The translations under genes and the position numbers were made by a program. A DNA stretch of 39,289 nt from an uncultured Candidatus Saccharibacteria bacterium. GTDB lineage: Bacteria; Patescibacteriota; Minisyncoccia; Sungbacterales; SURF-37. Numbering within the stretch: the first letter of the stretch is position 1; each line of letters opens with the position of its first letter. The DNA is taken from positions 1 to 39,289 of the forward strand of contig CAYIQX010000001.1 of assembly GCA_964365675.1 (NCBI GenBank), given 5' to 3'. Shown here one piece after another: positions 15,171 through 24,036 of the stretch. Under the pieces are notes generated by a model. It was not told the DNA's origin. It did not search any database and saw only the letters and a program-made list of their open reading frames with translations.

Positions 15171-15764
15171 ATGCGGTGGCGCATGCTTGCGCTCATCCCG
15201 ATCGCTCTTGCCGCCTCGGCCTGCGCCAGTATGGGCGCCAGGCCGAACCTCACCCCGAACTTCAACCCGGCCGCTACCCCGAAGAAGATCGCGGTGGAGC
15301 CGGCGGTGATCTACGAGGACTTCAGTTTCGGCCTCTTCGCGGCCAACAGCGAGAAGATCGGGCTTCTGCGCCACATTCCCGGCAAGCTTGCCCACCCCGA
15401 CCCAGAACTCTCAAGATTCTTCTCCGAGAGTTACGCTCAGTTCTTCTCCATGTTCGGGTTCGAGATCGTCTCACCCGACGATCCCGGAGCGCTCCGCTTG
15501 AAGATCAGCGTCGTACCTAAACTGGTTTTCCCCAGTCCTATGGCCGGAAGCGGACAGGCCGTCCTCCAAGTCTATCAGGACGACCGGGTGGTTGCCTACT
15601 ACGGCTTCGTCATCCTCCGGAAGGCCTGGGGACCCGGGTCGGGGCGACCGATCTGGGAGGATGATCACGCCAAGATCTCGCTCTTCCTGAGCGGGAAGCA
15701 CCTCGCTGAACTCCTCAGCGGCTCCGCCCATCCCGGCGCAGCCAGCCCCGCGGCCGACAAGTAA
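15171..15764 (+). CDS. Lipoprotein (197 aa), compositional outlier
   Basis: Lipobox LAASAC in MRWRMLALIPIALAASACAS. Strong SD. Lys codons are almost all AAG. No family recognised. Confidence 0.65.
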   Translation: MRWRMLALIPIALAASACASMGARPNLTPNFNPAATPKKIAVEPAVIYEDFSFGLFAANSEKIGLLRHIPGKLAHPDPELSRFFSESYAQFFSMFGFEIVSPDDPGALRLKISVVPKLVFPSPMAGSGQAVLQVYQDDRVVAYYGFVILRKAWGPGSGRPIWEDDHAKISLFLSGKHLAELLSGSAHPGAASPAADK

Positions 15765-15784
15765 CTGTCGGCCCCGGGGTTTTT
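15746..15784. terminator. Terminator hairpin enclosing the cassette 2 stop codon, shared with the convergent speE-like gene
   Basis: CCCCG-C-GGCCGACA [agtaac] TGTCGGCC-C-CGGGG, followed by T5 (15780-15784). Confidence 0.65.
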
Positions 15785-15785
15785 C

Positions 15786-17519
15786 TTATTTCGATCTGAA
15801 TAGAGCACCCAGCGGTCCAGCTCGAGTAATGACGTATTCGATATCGCTACGAACTTGCTCCACTGGCGCACGGAAGCGGGCGAAAATATTGCCTGTTGCC
15901 GTTTCCACTTCAATGAATTTTCCAACGAAAGAGCTGGGAATACCGAATGACCGAATGGGATGAAATAACGAATTGGGGACAACACCATCTTCCACGGCGG
16001 AATATAAATAAGGACCGGTGACCCCCGGGGTGGCCGTCGGCATCTCTCCGATTCTCTGATACAGCGTCGCAATTGTGATCGCCGAAGGCGAGGCGGCGAT
16101 GAACGCGATCTCAAACAAGCCGGGTATTCCGATGGTTGGGTCTGCTTCCGGTGGATGGAATGCAAGCGTTCTATAGCCGGCGCTTTTCAATGTCTCCTTG
16201 ACGATTGCGTGGAAACGCGATGGAAGCCCCCCGGTATGAACAACAATAATGCCGGACGAATCCAGATATTTATTGACGGCGAGATAGAATTCTTTTGAAT
16301 AGAGCCGGGTAAGCGCGGGATCTGTTGGGTCGGGAAAATCAACGAGTACTATGTTGAAGCGGGATTGAGCGCGCCGCTCCAAAAGCCATCGAAAGGCGTC
16401 ATCATGGACGATCGTAAGGCGCGGATTTGATAACGATCCCCTGTTCAACTCGCGTAACAATGGGTGCGTCATGGCCAGGTCCGTTACCATCTCATCAATA
16501 TCCACGAGCGTTATTTCCTCGACCGAAGGGTACTTCAGCACTTCCCGCGCGAGCAATCCGTCGCCGCCGCCGAGAATGAAAATGCGGCGGGCGCGCTCGC
16601 CCATGAATGACACCACCGGGTGCGCGAACGTCTCGTGGTAGCGTTTTTCTAACACACCCTCCTGAAATTGCAGCTCGCCATTCAAAAAAAGCGACAGTTT
16701 CCCATCGCGATTTTTTATCAGTTGAATGCGCTGGTAGGGAGATGTCCTGTCAAAAAGGACCTCGCTGCCGGCAAAAATCTGGCGAGTGAAAAACTCATCA
16801 AGCCGCGGCGCATAGATAAATCCGACGGCAAGAATCAGTATCCCCGCGAAAAGGAGTATCCTCCCGAAGCGCGAGAACGCGCCAAGCGGCCATGCCGGCG
16901 AGAACCCGGCGGCGAGGATAACGGCCGCCGCCAAATTTAAAAACCCCACGAGAAATCCGGTCTTGAGAAAGCCGAGCGCAGGCAGGAGTAGGAGGGGGAA
17001 AAGCACTGACGCTACGAGCGCCCCGGCATAATCCCAGAAGAATACCTTAGCCAGGGCATCTTTCAGCGTACGCGATGCCGCGGCGATACGGGTGAATATC
17101 GGCACCTCAATGCCCACCAAAACCCCGATGATAAAAATCGTGCCGAAACTGACGGCATGAAAAAGGATCTCGGTGAGGCCGGCTTGGAAAAGGAACATAA
17201 AGAGATTATTGAATACGTGGCCGCCAAGGTACCGGAATAGCCCGGCATAGAGGGCGAATATCAGCGGCGCGGCAAATCCACCGATAGTACCGAGGAGAAC
17301 TTCGATAGTGAGAAACCTTCGTAATAAGTTCTCCTCCCACTTTCCTGACCACCATGCGCCCGTACCGAGCGCAAAAAGGAAAATGCCGATGGTGAGGGAA
17401 AAGTACGTTACGGTCGCCCCCAAAAGATAGGAAAGTACGGCCGCGAGGATTAACTCGTACAGAATGGCTGCGCCGGCCATCACAAATACTGCGGCGAACA
17501 TTAAGCGGGACGAACTCAT
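15786..17519 (-). CDS. speE: Polyamine aminopropyltransferase (spermidine synthase-like) fused to an N-terminal polytopic membrane domain
   Basis: About 230 aa of TM helices, then ILGGGDGLLAREVLKYPSVEEITLVDIDEMV and VLVDFPDP (SpeE-type Rossmann motifs). An extra C-terminal ~120 aa is present. Confidence 0.75.
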   Translation of the reverse strand: MSSSRLMFAAVFVMAGAAILYELILAAVLSYLLGATVTYFSLTIGIFLFALGTGAWWSGKWEENLLRRFLTIEVLLGTIGGFAAPLIFALYAGLFRYLGGHVFNNLFMFLFQAGLTEILFHAVSFGTIFIIGVLVGIEVPIFTRIAAASRTLKDALAKVFFWDYAGALVASVLFPLLLLPALGFLKTGFLVGFLNLAAAVILAAGFSPAWPLGAFSRFGRILLFAGILILAVGFIYAPRLDEFFTRQIFAGSEVLFDRTSPYQRIQLIKNRDGKLSLFLNGELQFQEGVLEKRYHETFAHPVVSFMGERARRIFILGGGDGLLAREVLKYPSVEEITLVDIDEMVTDLAMTHPLLRELNRGSLSNPRLTIVHDDAFRWLLERRAQSRFNIVLVDFPDPTDPALTRLYSKEFYLAVNKYLDSSGIIVVHTGGLPSRFHAIVKETLKSAGYRTLAFHPPEADPTIGIPGLFEIAFIAASPSAITIATLYQRIGEMPTATPGVTGPYLYSAVEDGVVPNSLFHPIRSFGIPSSFVGKFIEVETATGNIFARFRAPVEQVRSDIEYVITRAGPLGALFRSK

Positions 17520-18994
17520 AAACGGAGAGTATTAAAAAATATCCCGTAGTGTCTCATCGGGTCGACGGAAACGGCATCCAGCCGGCCGTCGGGCGCAAGA
17601 ACTCCAGCTCGTTCGTCTTTTCCGGTGATCACGATCGGAACGTTCAGCCACACTGCCTCGGTGCGCCGTACGCCGTCCGTGAGCCGCAGGTACTGACCCC
17701 TGCCAAGAGCGACCCAGCTATTATTCCCGGTGTGCACGACAAATTGCGCGCCTTCTTGGACGGCGGCCCTGATATCCCACGGGTAGTGGACTTCAGCGCA
17801 GATAGGGGATGCGAACGAGAAACCGCCCGTATGAAGCAGGTGCGGTTCTCCCGCCGCATATTGGTATTGGGGATCGAAGATGGGACTTTCCGCGGATATC
17901 TCTGGTCGGATGCGGCCGGCCCAATTCCAATAGAACGGCCGCCAGCGGCCGAACGGCCAGTACTCGCCGCCAATGGCCAAACGCACCTTGTTGGCGCGGC
18001 CGGCAAGCGCCCCATCGCGGCTGAAAAGAAGCGTGGTGTTATAACGCTCCCCGCGCTGGATAGTGGTAAATGTCGCACTAACATCCACCGCTAAGTCAGC
18101 CGCAAGCCGGCGATAGGCCGCAATGAGCACCCCGCCGGATTCAATGCCGAACGCCGCCAACGCTTCCGGATCGGCATCATGCCATGACTCAAGATCGATC
18201 ATGTCTTCCGGCAACAGGACCAGATCAAGCGGCTGGCGGCGTAATTCATGCCGTAGCGGTTCCAGCATCGCGGCCAGGTGTTCGGCCGCGATCTGCCGCT
18301 CACTTGGCGAGAGAATATCATAGGGGAAATTAAGCGCGGAGTCGAACACGGCATCCGTCGAGACCGCGGCCACGCGGAGCTCACGGGGGCGACTCTGGTA
18401 CGCCGCGCCATTTTGGTGAAGCACCCAGCGGGATGCGCTAAAACCGGCGACCAGCAAGAGCACGATGGCGCCGATCCACAGATGTCGCTCCCGTTTGAAT
18501 AAAGTTATGATGCCCCCGGTAAGAACTGCGTTCACGACAGCTCCGAAGAGTGTGAGGCCGGCAATGCCGCCCCAACGCGCCAGCCCCAGGAAGGGTGATA
18601 CGGCAAGCGCGTTGCCCTGCGCCATGACATATACCGGCAGGAACGTGTAACGCGCTTCCAGGAGATCCCAGAACGTCCACAAAAATGGCAGCGAAATGGC
18701 CGCGGCTCTGGCTCCGACAAAGCGGCGAACGAGATGGAACGATACCGGCAAGCCGAGGAAAAGCAGAATGGAAGCCATCCAGCCGAAGGGCTCCGCGGCA
18801 AAATAGACCACCCCGGCCGCAAAGATGATCCGGAAAAGAGCAGTTCCGATGAGGAGGCGCACCAGCCGGCATTCACGCTGAAAAAATAAAAATAGGGGGA
18901 CCAGCCACGCGAGGGCGAGAACCCAAGCGTAGGGCAGTGCCGAAAACGCTCCAATACCGAGAAGCGCAGAAACAACGGGAAGTGCGAGGAACAT
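17516..18994 (-). CDS. lnt: Apolipoprotein N-acyltransferase
   Basis: N-terminal multi-TM region plus a CN-hydrolase domain with LVLLPEDM (Glu), NKVRLAIGGEYWPFG (Lys) and ICAEVHY (Cys). An ATGA overlap links it to the speE-like gene. Confidence 0.75.
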   Translation of the reverse strand: MFLALPVVSALLGIGAFSALPYAWVLALAWLVPLFLFFQRECRLVRLLIGTALFRIIFAAGVVYFAAEPFGWMASILLFLGLPVSFHLVRRFVGARAAAISLPFLWTFWDLLEARYTFLPVYVMAQGNALAVSPFLGLARWGGIAGLTLFGAVVNAVLTGGIITLFKRERHLWIGAIVLLLVAGFSASRWVLHQNGAAYQSRPRELRVAAVSTDAVFDSALNFPYDILSPSERQIAAEHLAAMLEPLRHELRRQPLDLVLLPEDMIDLESWHDADPEALAAFGIESGGVLIAAYRRLAADLAVDVSATFTTIQRGERYNTTLLFSRDGALAGRANKVRLAIGGEYWPFGRWRPFYWNWAGRIRPEISAESPIFDPQYQYAAGEPHLLHTGGFSFASPICAEVHYPWDIRAAVQEGAQFVVHTGNNSWVALGRGQYLRLTDGVRRTEAVWLNVPIVITGKDERAGVLAPDGRLDAVSVDPMRHYGIFFNTLRL

Positions 18995-20394
18995 TACGCG
19001 CCGGCCTTGGGACGGAACAGCGCCCGATAGAGCGTCGACTTTTCGAGCCAGTAGAGCGTGAAGTTCTGACGGTCCATGGCAAAAGAACCCACGCTCGCCT
19101 TCAGAAGGTCGTAGTTATTGGCACTGGCGCGGTCATCAACTTCCACCATCCGGATGGCGCGATCCACCGCATAAAAGACGTGTGTCCCTTTCTCATTGAG
19201 GTAGGCCTGGCGGATCGGGTCATCCGAGAAAAAAATCTGCTTTTTCGTCCCGGCCAGATCAAAGGGCTGGGAAGGATTATCCTTTAACCAGTAAACCCAG
19301 AGGCGACCCGCATCCCAAAAAAGAAGCCGATCTCCGGAGGCAGAAAAATCTATCCCCAGTACCCCGCTCGTGATAAGTTCGAGCTCCGAGGAACGATCGG
19401 GGCGATAGAGGAAAAGCCCATTGGCGGCGTCAATGACCGCCACATCCCCGGCCTTGCTGATGGTTATCGCCGTCGGCGCTTTCTCATCAAGCAGTAGGCC
19501 TTTTCTCCCAAGCAGTTTGGTGTTGCCGCCAAGAAGATCCGACTCGGCGAAAAATCCGTTCTTGCTGATGAAGTACAAATGCTTGCCGCTCACGCCGTAC
19601 GCATGCACCTGCTCGGCAATGGCGATCGGCACCGTTGCCCGACCCTGCAAAAAGAGCGCGCCGCCGGCTGAAAAGTAAACCTCATCCCGCTCAACGGGGT
19701 GGGGGATCACGCGGTCGGCTGAGAAGCCCTCCGGGAGGCCCCGAAATACGATCGGCTCCTCATGAATGCCGGTCGGCAGAAAGGTAGCTCGATACCAGCG
19801 CATCCGCCCGCTGGAATTTCGTCCGATGATGAAGGCGCCAGTATTCTCGTCCCACTGCCACTGGGCCACACTGTTCAATTGCCCCATCACCGCCCCGGTG
19901 TCAGCGTGAACAAACGAGAGGGATACGACTTTTGCCGGATCCCCGCTTTCCACGGCAAGCTCGCGCCGGCCATTCAGCCCAAAAACGCGCTTGCCCGCAC
20001 TGCGGCTGAAGAGCGGCTGGGGGCTGACCGCCGCCGGCGGCAGAAGGATATTCCGAAACTCCAGCACTTCCTCATTGGCAACGCGGACGGCCTTGACCCA
20101 GGGCTGATACCCCTCTTTCTCCACGCGCACCGTATAGCGCTTCGGGACGAGATTCGTGATAAGCGCGCCATGCGCGATAAAGGATGTTTCCTTCGAAAAT
20201 TCGGAGTCAATGAATACATTAGCCCCGGACTGGACCGTTTTCACGAATATGCCGCCGGTGGCCACAAGACCGCGGCTCTGGAGATCGAAAACATACCCTC
20301 GGGAATAGAGAAGGGCAACGGGAGCAACCACGGCAAAAAGCAACGCCATGGCGTAGAAAATTTTCCGCCGGGTGGGTTTATCAAGCGCGCTCAT
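18994..20394 (-). CDS. PEGA-domain protein with a C-terminal beta-propeller-like region, N-terminally anchored
   Basis: TM segment IFYAMALLFAVVAPVALLY. PEGA-type module VFIDSEF...ITNLVPKRYTVRVEKEGYQPWVKAV. The stop overlaps the lnt ATG (TAATG). Confidence 0.65.
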   Translation of the reverse strand: MSALDKPTRRKIFYAMALLFAVVAPVALLYSRGYVFDLQSRGLVATGGIFVKTVQSGANVFIDSEFSKETSFIAHGALITNLVPKRYTVRVEKEGYQPWVKAVRVANEEVLEFRNILLPPAAVSPQPLFSRSAGKRVFGLNGRRELAVESGDPAKVVSLSFVHADTGAVMGQLNSVAQWQWDENTGAFIIGRNSSGRMRWYRATFLPTGIHEEPIVFRGLPEGFSADRVIPHPVERDEVYFSAGGALFLQGRATVPIAIAEQVHAYGVSGKHLYFISKNGFFAESDLLGGNTKLLGRKGLLLDEKAPTAITISKAGDVAVIDAANGLFLYRPDRSSELELITSGVLGIDFSASGDRLLFWDAGRLWVYWLKDNPSQPFDLAGTKKQIFFSDDPIRQAYLNEKGTHVFYAVDRAIRMVEVDDRASANNYDLLKASVGSFAMDRQNFTLYWLEKSTLYRALFRPKAGA

Positions 20395-20518
20395 GAAAGT
20401 ATTTTAGTTGTATCGTACTTTCCTCTGAAAGAGAAGCCCGCCCCTATAGAGGCGGGAGCGTTCACAGTACATATTATTATATATTGCTTCATGAATGTCA
20501 ATATTCCTGGCCGAAGCC

Positions 20519-21838
20519 ATGCGCTACCATGGTTTTGTCGTGGAAAAATTCCTTATTCGAGGTGGGGGACCGCTCAACGGCCGCGTCCGCCTTGCCGGCG
20601 CAAAAAACTCCATCAATAAGCTTTTGGTGGCCGCTCTTCTCACCGAGGAGCCGGTCACTCTTGAAAATGTGCCCTCGAACGGCGAGACGGATATCGTTAT
20701 CGAACTTTGCCGGAGCATCGGCAGTACTATAGAACGCCGAGGCCATACCATTCGCATCTCCACGCCGGAAATCAAAAATCCCCGCGTGCCGGAGTTGTCC
20801 CGGAAAAACCGCATTCCCATCCTCGCCTTAGGGCCGCTCCTGGTCCGGGGCGGCATGGCCGAAGTTCCCGCACTCGGCGGCGATTACCTCGGCCATCGGC
20901 CAGTTGATTTCCACATCGCCGCACTCGAGAAGCTCGGCGCTTCCATCGAAGTTACGGATTCGCTCTATCGGGCTAGTGCTGACTCCGGCCTCCATGGCGG
21001 CAGGGTGGTCCTGCCCTATCCGAGCGTCGGCGCGACGGAAAATACTATTCTTGCCGCCGTTCGCGCCCAAGGCGACACGGTTATTTCCAATGCCGCCGTT
21101 GAGCCCGAGATCATAGACATGATGAAGATGCTCCAGAAAATGGGCGCCATCATTGAGCTTGGTTCCGACCGAACTATCCATATCGAGGGGGTTGGCGAGC
21201 TCTCTGGGGTAACCCACCGCCTTATCCCGGACCGTATCGAGGCCGCTTCATTCGCGACCATGGCGCTTGCAACCGGCGGCGAAGTCATCGTCGAGGAAGC
21301 CCTGCAGGAGCATTTGATAACATTTCTCAATTCCGTACGCCGCGTCGGCGGCGAATATGAGATCCTAGCCGATGGTATCCGCTTTTTCCGCACCAGCGCG
21401 CTTCGGCCGCTCCATATTGAGACTGATACCCATCCCGGATTCATGACCGACTGGCAGCAGCCCTTCACGGTGCTCCTGACGCAAGCCCCGGGCGAATCTA
21501 TAGTCCATGAGACCGTATACGATGACCGCTTCGGCTACATCGAGGACTTGAGACGGATGGGCGCCAATGTTACCCTCATCCCACAGTGCCTGGGGAGCAT
21601 TCCCTGCCGTTTCAGCGGGAAGCTTTATAACCACACCGCGCTGGTCCGCGGGGTGACTCCGCTCCATGCCGCGACCATGCGGATGCGGGACATCCGCGCC
21701 GGCATGGCCCACATCATTGCCTCGCTCATCGCCGAGGGTACATCCGAGATCACGGGTGTGGACGAAATAGACCGGGGCTATGAACGTATTGACGAACGGA
21801 TACGGGCATTAGGAGCGGACATGCAACGAGTGCGCTAG
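20519..21838 (+). CDS. murA: UDP-N-acetylglucosamine 1-carboxyvinyltransferase (Asp at the Cys115-equivalent position)
   Basis: From ATG 20519: MRYHGFVVEKFLIRGGGPLNGRVRLAGAKNS. Active-site loop LGGDYLGHRPVDFHI. ..GATENTILAA... Confidence 0.92.
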   Translation: MRYHGFVVEKFLIRGGGPLNGRVRLAGAKNSINKLLVAALLTEEPVTLENVPSNGETDIVIELCRSIGSTIERRGHTIRISTPEIKNPRVPELSRKNRIPILALGPLLVRGGMAEVPALGGDYLGHRPVDFHIAALEKLGASIEVTDSLYRASADSGLHGGRVVLPYPSVGATENTILAAVRAQGDTVISNAAVEPEIIDMMKMLQKMGAIIELGSDRTIHIEGVGELSGVTHRLIPDRIEAASFATMALATGGEVIVEEALQEHLITFLNSVRRVGGEYEILADGIRFFRTSALRPLHIETDTHPGFMTDWQQPFTVLLTQAPGESIVHETVYDDRFGYIEDLRRMGANVTLIPQCLGSIPCRFSGKLYNHTALVRGVTPLHAATMRMRDIRAGMAHIIASLIAEGTSEITGVDEIDRGYERIDERIRALGADMQRVR

Positions 21839-21918
21839 TTAAGCGGGTCGAGTAAATTAAGCGAAGTAGTCATCGGTCTACTTAACTTGCTTAACTCGCT
21901 TAACGCACTTAACCAGCT

Positions 21919-22926
21919 ATGTTCATCAGGAAAATCGGCATTGATCTTGGAACGGCTAACACCCTGGTCTTTGTGCCGGGGAAAGGAGTGGTGGTCAATG
22001 AGCCGTCGGTGGTCGCGGTATCGGGGAATGATAACCGTATTTTGGCCGTGGGCAACGAGGCCCGCGACATGATCGGGCGCACGCCCGAAACCATCACCGC
22101 CTACCGCCCACTGAAGGACGGCGTCATTGCCGATTATCGTGTTACCGAGGCCATGCTCCGCTATTTTATAGACAAAACCGCGGGGCGCATCCGCCTCATA
22201 AAGCCGGAGGTCATGATATCGGTGCCGGCAAGCGTAACCTCGACCGAACGGAGGGCCGTCATCGAAGCGGCAACCAAGGCCGGGGCCAAAGCCGCCTATG
22301 TCGTCAAAGAACCGGTGCTGGCGGCCATCGGCGCCAACATTCCTATCAACGAGCCCGCCGGACACATGGTGGTAGACATCGGCGGCGGCACGTCCGATAT
22401 CGCCGTTATCTCGCTGGGCGGCATTGTGGCCTCAAACTCGGTCAAGGTGGCCGGGAACAAGCTTGACCAAGCTATTGCCGACTACATCAAAAAGCATTAC
22501 AACCTGGCCATTGGCGACCGCACCGCCGAGGATATCAAAATAAAGGTTGGGAGCGCGGTGCCGCTTGAGGATGACCTTTCGATGCAGATAAAGGGGCGGG
22601 ATCTCCTGACCGGCCTGCCGCGGAACATCGCTATTTATTCATCGGAAATAACCGAGGCCATCGCCGATCCCTTGCATGAGATCGTGCTCGCCATCAAGCG
22701 CGTGCTCTCCGATACGCCGCCTGAACTTGCCGCCGACATCATGGAGCGGGGGATCGTCATGTCCGGCGGCACGTCGCTCCTGCGGAACATTGACCAACTC
22801 GTCTTCCAGGAGACCGGCGTCCCGGCGCACATCGCTGATGAACCGCTGCTCTGCGTTGCCAAAGGCACCGGTATTGCGCTAGAGCACTTGGAGGTGTACA
22901 AGAGAAGCATAATGGCGAAACGATAG
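21919..22926 (+). CDS. mreB: Rod shape-determining protein MreB
   Basis: IGIDLGTANTLVFV, VVDIGGGTSDIAVISLGGIV and IVMSGGTSLLRNIDQ. Confidence 0.95.
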   Translation: MFIRKIGIDLGTANTLVFVPGKGVVVNEPSVVAVSGNDNRILAVGNEARDMIGRTPETITAYRPLKDGVIADYRVTEAMLRYFIDKTAGRIRLIKPEVMISVPASVTSTERRAVIEAATKAGAKAAYVVKEPVLAAIGANIPINEPAGHMVVDIGGGTSDIAVISLGGIVASNSVKVAGNKLDQAIADYIKKHYNLAIGDRTAEDIKIKVGSAVPLEDDLSMQIKGRDLLTGLPRNIAIYSSEITEAIADPLHEIVLAIKRVLSDTPPELAADIMERGIVMSGGTSLLRNIDQLVFQETGVPAHIADEPLLCVAKGTGIALEHLEVYKRSIMAKR

Positions 22927-22987
22927 CGGTAGTCCAATGTTAAGCACTTCAAAGCGATCGCTGAAAAATATTTAACATAGATACGTG

Positions 22988-23093
22988 AAGGAGGTTGCAC
23001 TTGAGCACCTCGACGTGTATAAGAGAAGCACAATGGCGAAAAGGAGGTTGCACTTGAGCACCTCGACGTGTATAAGAGAAGCACAATGGCGAA
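22988..23093 (+). repeat. Tandem 53-nt repeat (2 units), pseudo-copies of the mreB 3' end
   Basis: AAGGAGGTTGCACTTGAGCACCTCGACGTGTATAAGAGAAGCACAATGGCGAA occurs twice; the two units are identical over 52 nt. It is homologous to mreB 22872-22920 (..ALEHLEVYKRSIMAK). Confidence 0.9.
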
Positions 23094-23174
23094 GCGGTAA
23101 CATACTCTTGCGTATCTTTTAGGCATCTGATACAAATTAGCGTAGTTTTCCAAGCGTAAACCTAGGGGGAGCCG

Positions 23175-23840
23175 ATGCTCACATGGGGAAAGGTTCTTGA
23201 GTGGTCCCGGAACACCTGCGATTCGTACCCAGACTCGGGCCGGTACTCGGAATGGTTCTGGACTGCGCTTTTGGCCACCTACGGGACGAGGTCATCGCGA
23301 AGTCTTCTTCAGGCCGCGGCGCAACTCGCAACACAGCACTGCGCACATCCCGACTATGCAATCGGATCCGGTATGCGCGTCTGTGACTGCCACATGCAGC
23401 CCCGCCGCCTCACTCCGTTCGGTACCGCCGTTTGGGAAGGCGATGCCTCTGCGGCTGCCTGGTATCACCTCCCACTTGTTAAGGCCTACTTCTTGGCGCT
23501 ACTCGGCGAAGACGAGGAGAGAGCGAATCTCTACCTGCTAGAGTTTGCAGAATGGCGGCAGAGCCGTGCGCAGGCCTTCGACATCGCACGCGGCATTGGA
23601 GACATACCCCGAGCACACGCGCTCGCACGACAGATAGTGGGTGAAGATCCTCGACGGGTGTATTTCTTCTGTCGGCGAGACGGCATCAACGACCCGGAGC
23701 TCCTCGAATGCGCACGCCATGGTTTGCTGGAGGATCCGAACCTACTCCAGGCCCCTTGGTGTGCCCAGGTAACAGGTGACACGGAGTTCAGTCGACAGAT
23801 CGCCACAGCGCGAGTAGTCGCTCGCTTGCGGGCAGGATAG
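23175..23840 (+). CDS. Hypothetical cytosolic helical protein (221 aa), compositional outlier
   Basis: ORF with an SD-like GGGGGAG 4 nt upstream. Possible promoter TTGCGT-17 nt-TACAAA (23108-23136). No family recognised. Confidence 0.5.
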   Translation: MLTWGKVLEWSRNTCDSYPDSGRYSEWFWTALLATYGTRSSRSLLQAAAQLATQHCAHPDYAIGSGMRVCDCHMQPRRLTPFGTAVWEGDASAAAWYHLPLVKAYFLALLGEDEERANLYLLEFAEWRQSRAQAFDIARGIGDIPRAHALARQIVGEDPRRVYFFCRRDGINDPELLECARHGLLEDPNLLQAPWCAQVTGDTEFSRQIATARVVARLRAG

Positions 23841-23858
23841 CACCCCTTGCCCGCTTTT
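23828..23858 (+). terminator. Terminator hairpin enclosing the cassette 3 stop codon
   Basis: GCGGGCA (23828-23834) pairs with TGCCCGC (23848-23854), followed by TTTTCTTT. Confidence 0.5.
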
Positions 23859-23878
23859 CTTTGGGAAACGCGGAAAGC

Positions 23879-23922
23879 CATGTTAATAATTTACGAACGG
23901 TCGTCAGGAAATTATTAACATG
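23879..23922. repeat. Inverted-repeat family P2, copy 1
   Basis: CATGTTAATAATTT [16-nt loop containing CGGTCG] AAATTATTAACATG. A second copy lies at 30889-30934. Confidence 0.85.
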
Positions 23923-24036
23923 GATGGCATGGCCAGCATTTGATCAGATTCGATCTTGCCCGTTTTTCTTTTTTCTGATATTCTCATAAGGTCTTACTGC
24001 TAACTTTTACTTTCTCATCTCGAGCTTCTCGCTCAT

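Noticed and set aside
19762-20619. 285-aa plus-strand ORF antisense to the PEGA gene and running into murA.
   Set aside because: It overlaps the supported PEGA gene and the divergent promoter region. The sequence is not protein-like.
21835-22365. 176-aa minus-strand ORF antisense to mreB.
   Set aside because: The mreB assignment is unambiguous, and the antisense ORF has no independent support.
22988-23093. The tandem 53-nt repeat as a possible CRISPR array.
   Set aside because: The units are directly adjacent with no spacers. There are only two copies. They are clearly derived from the mreB 3' coding end. No cas genes are present.
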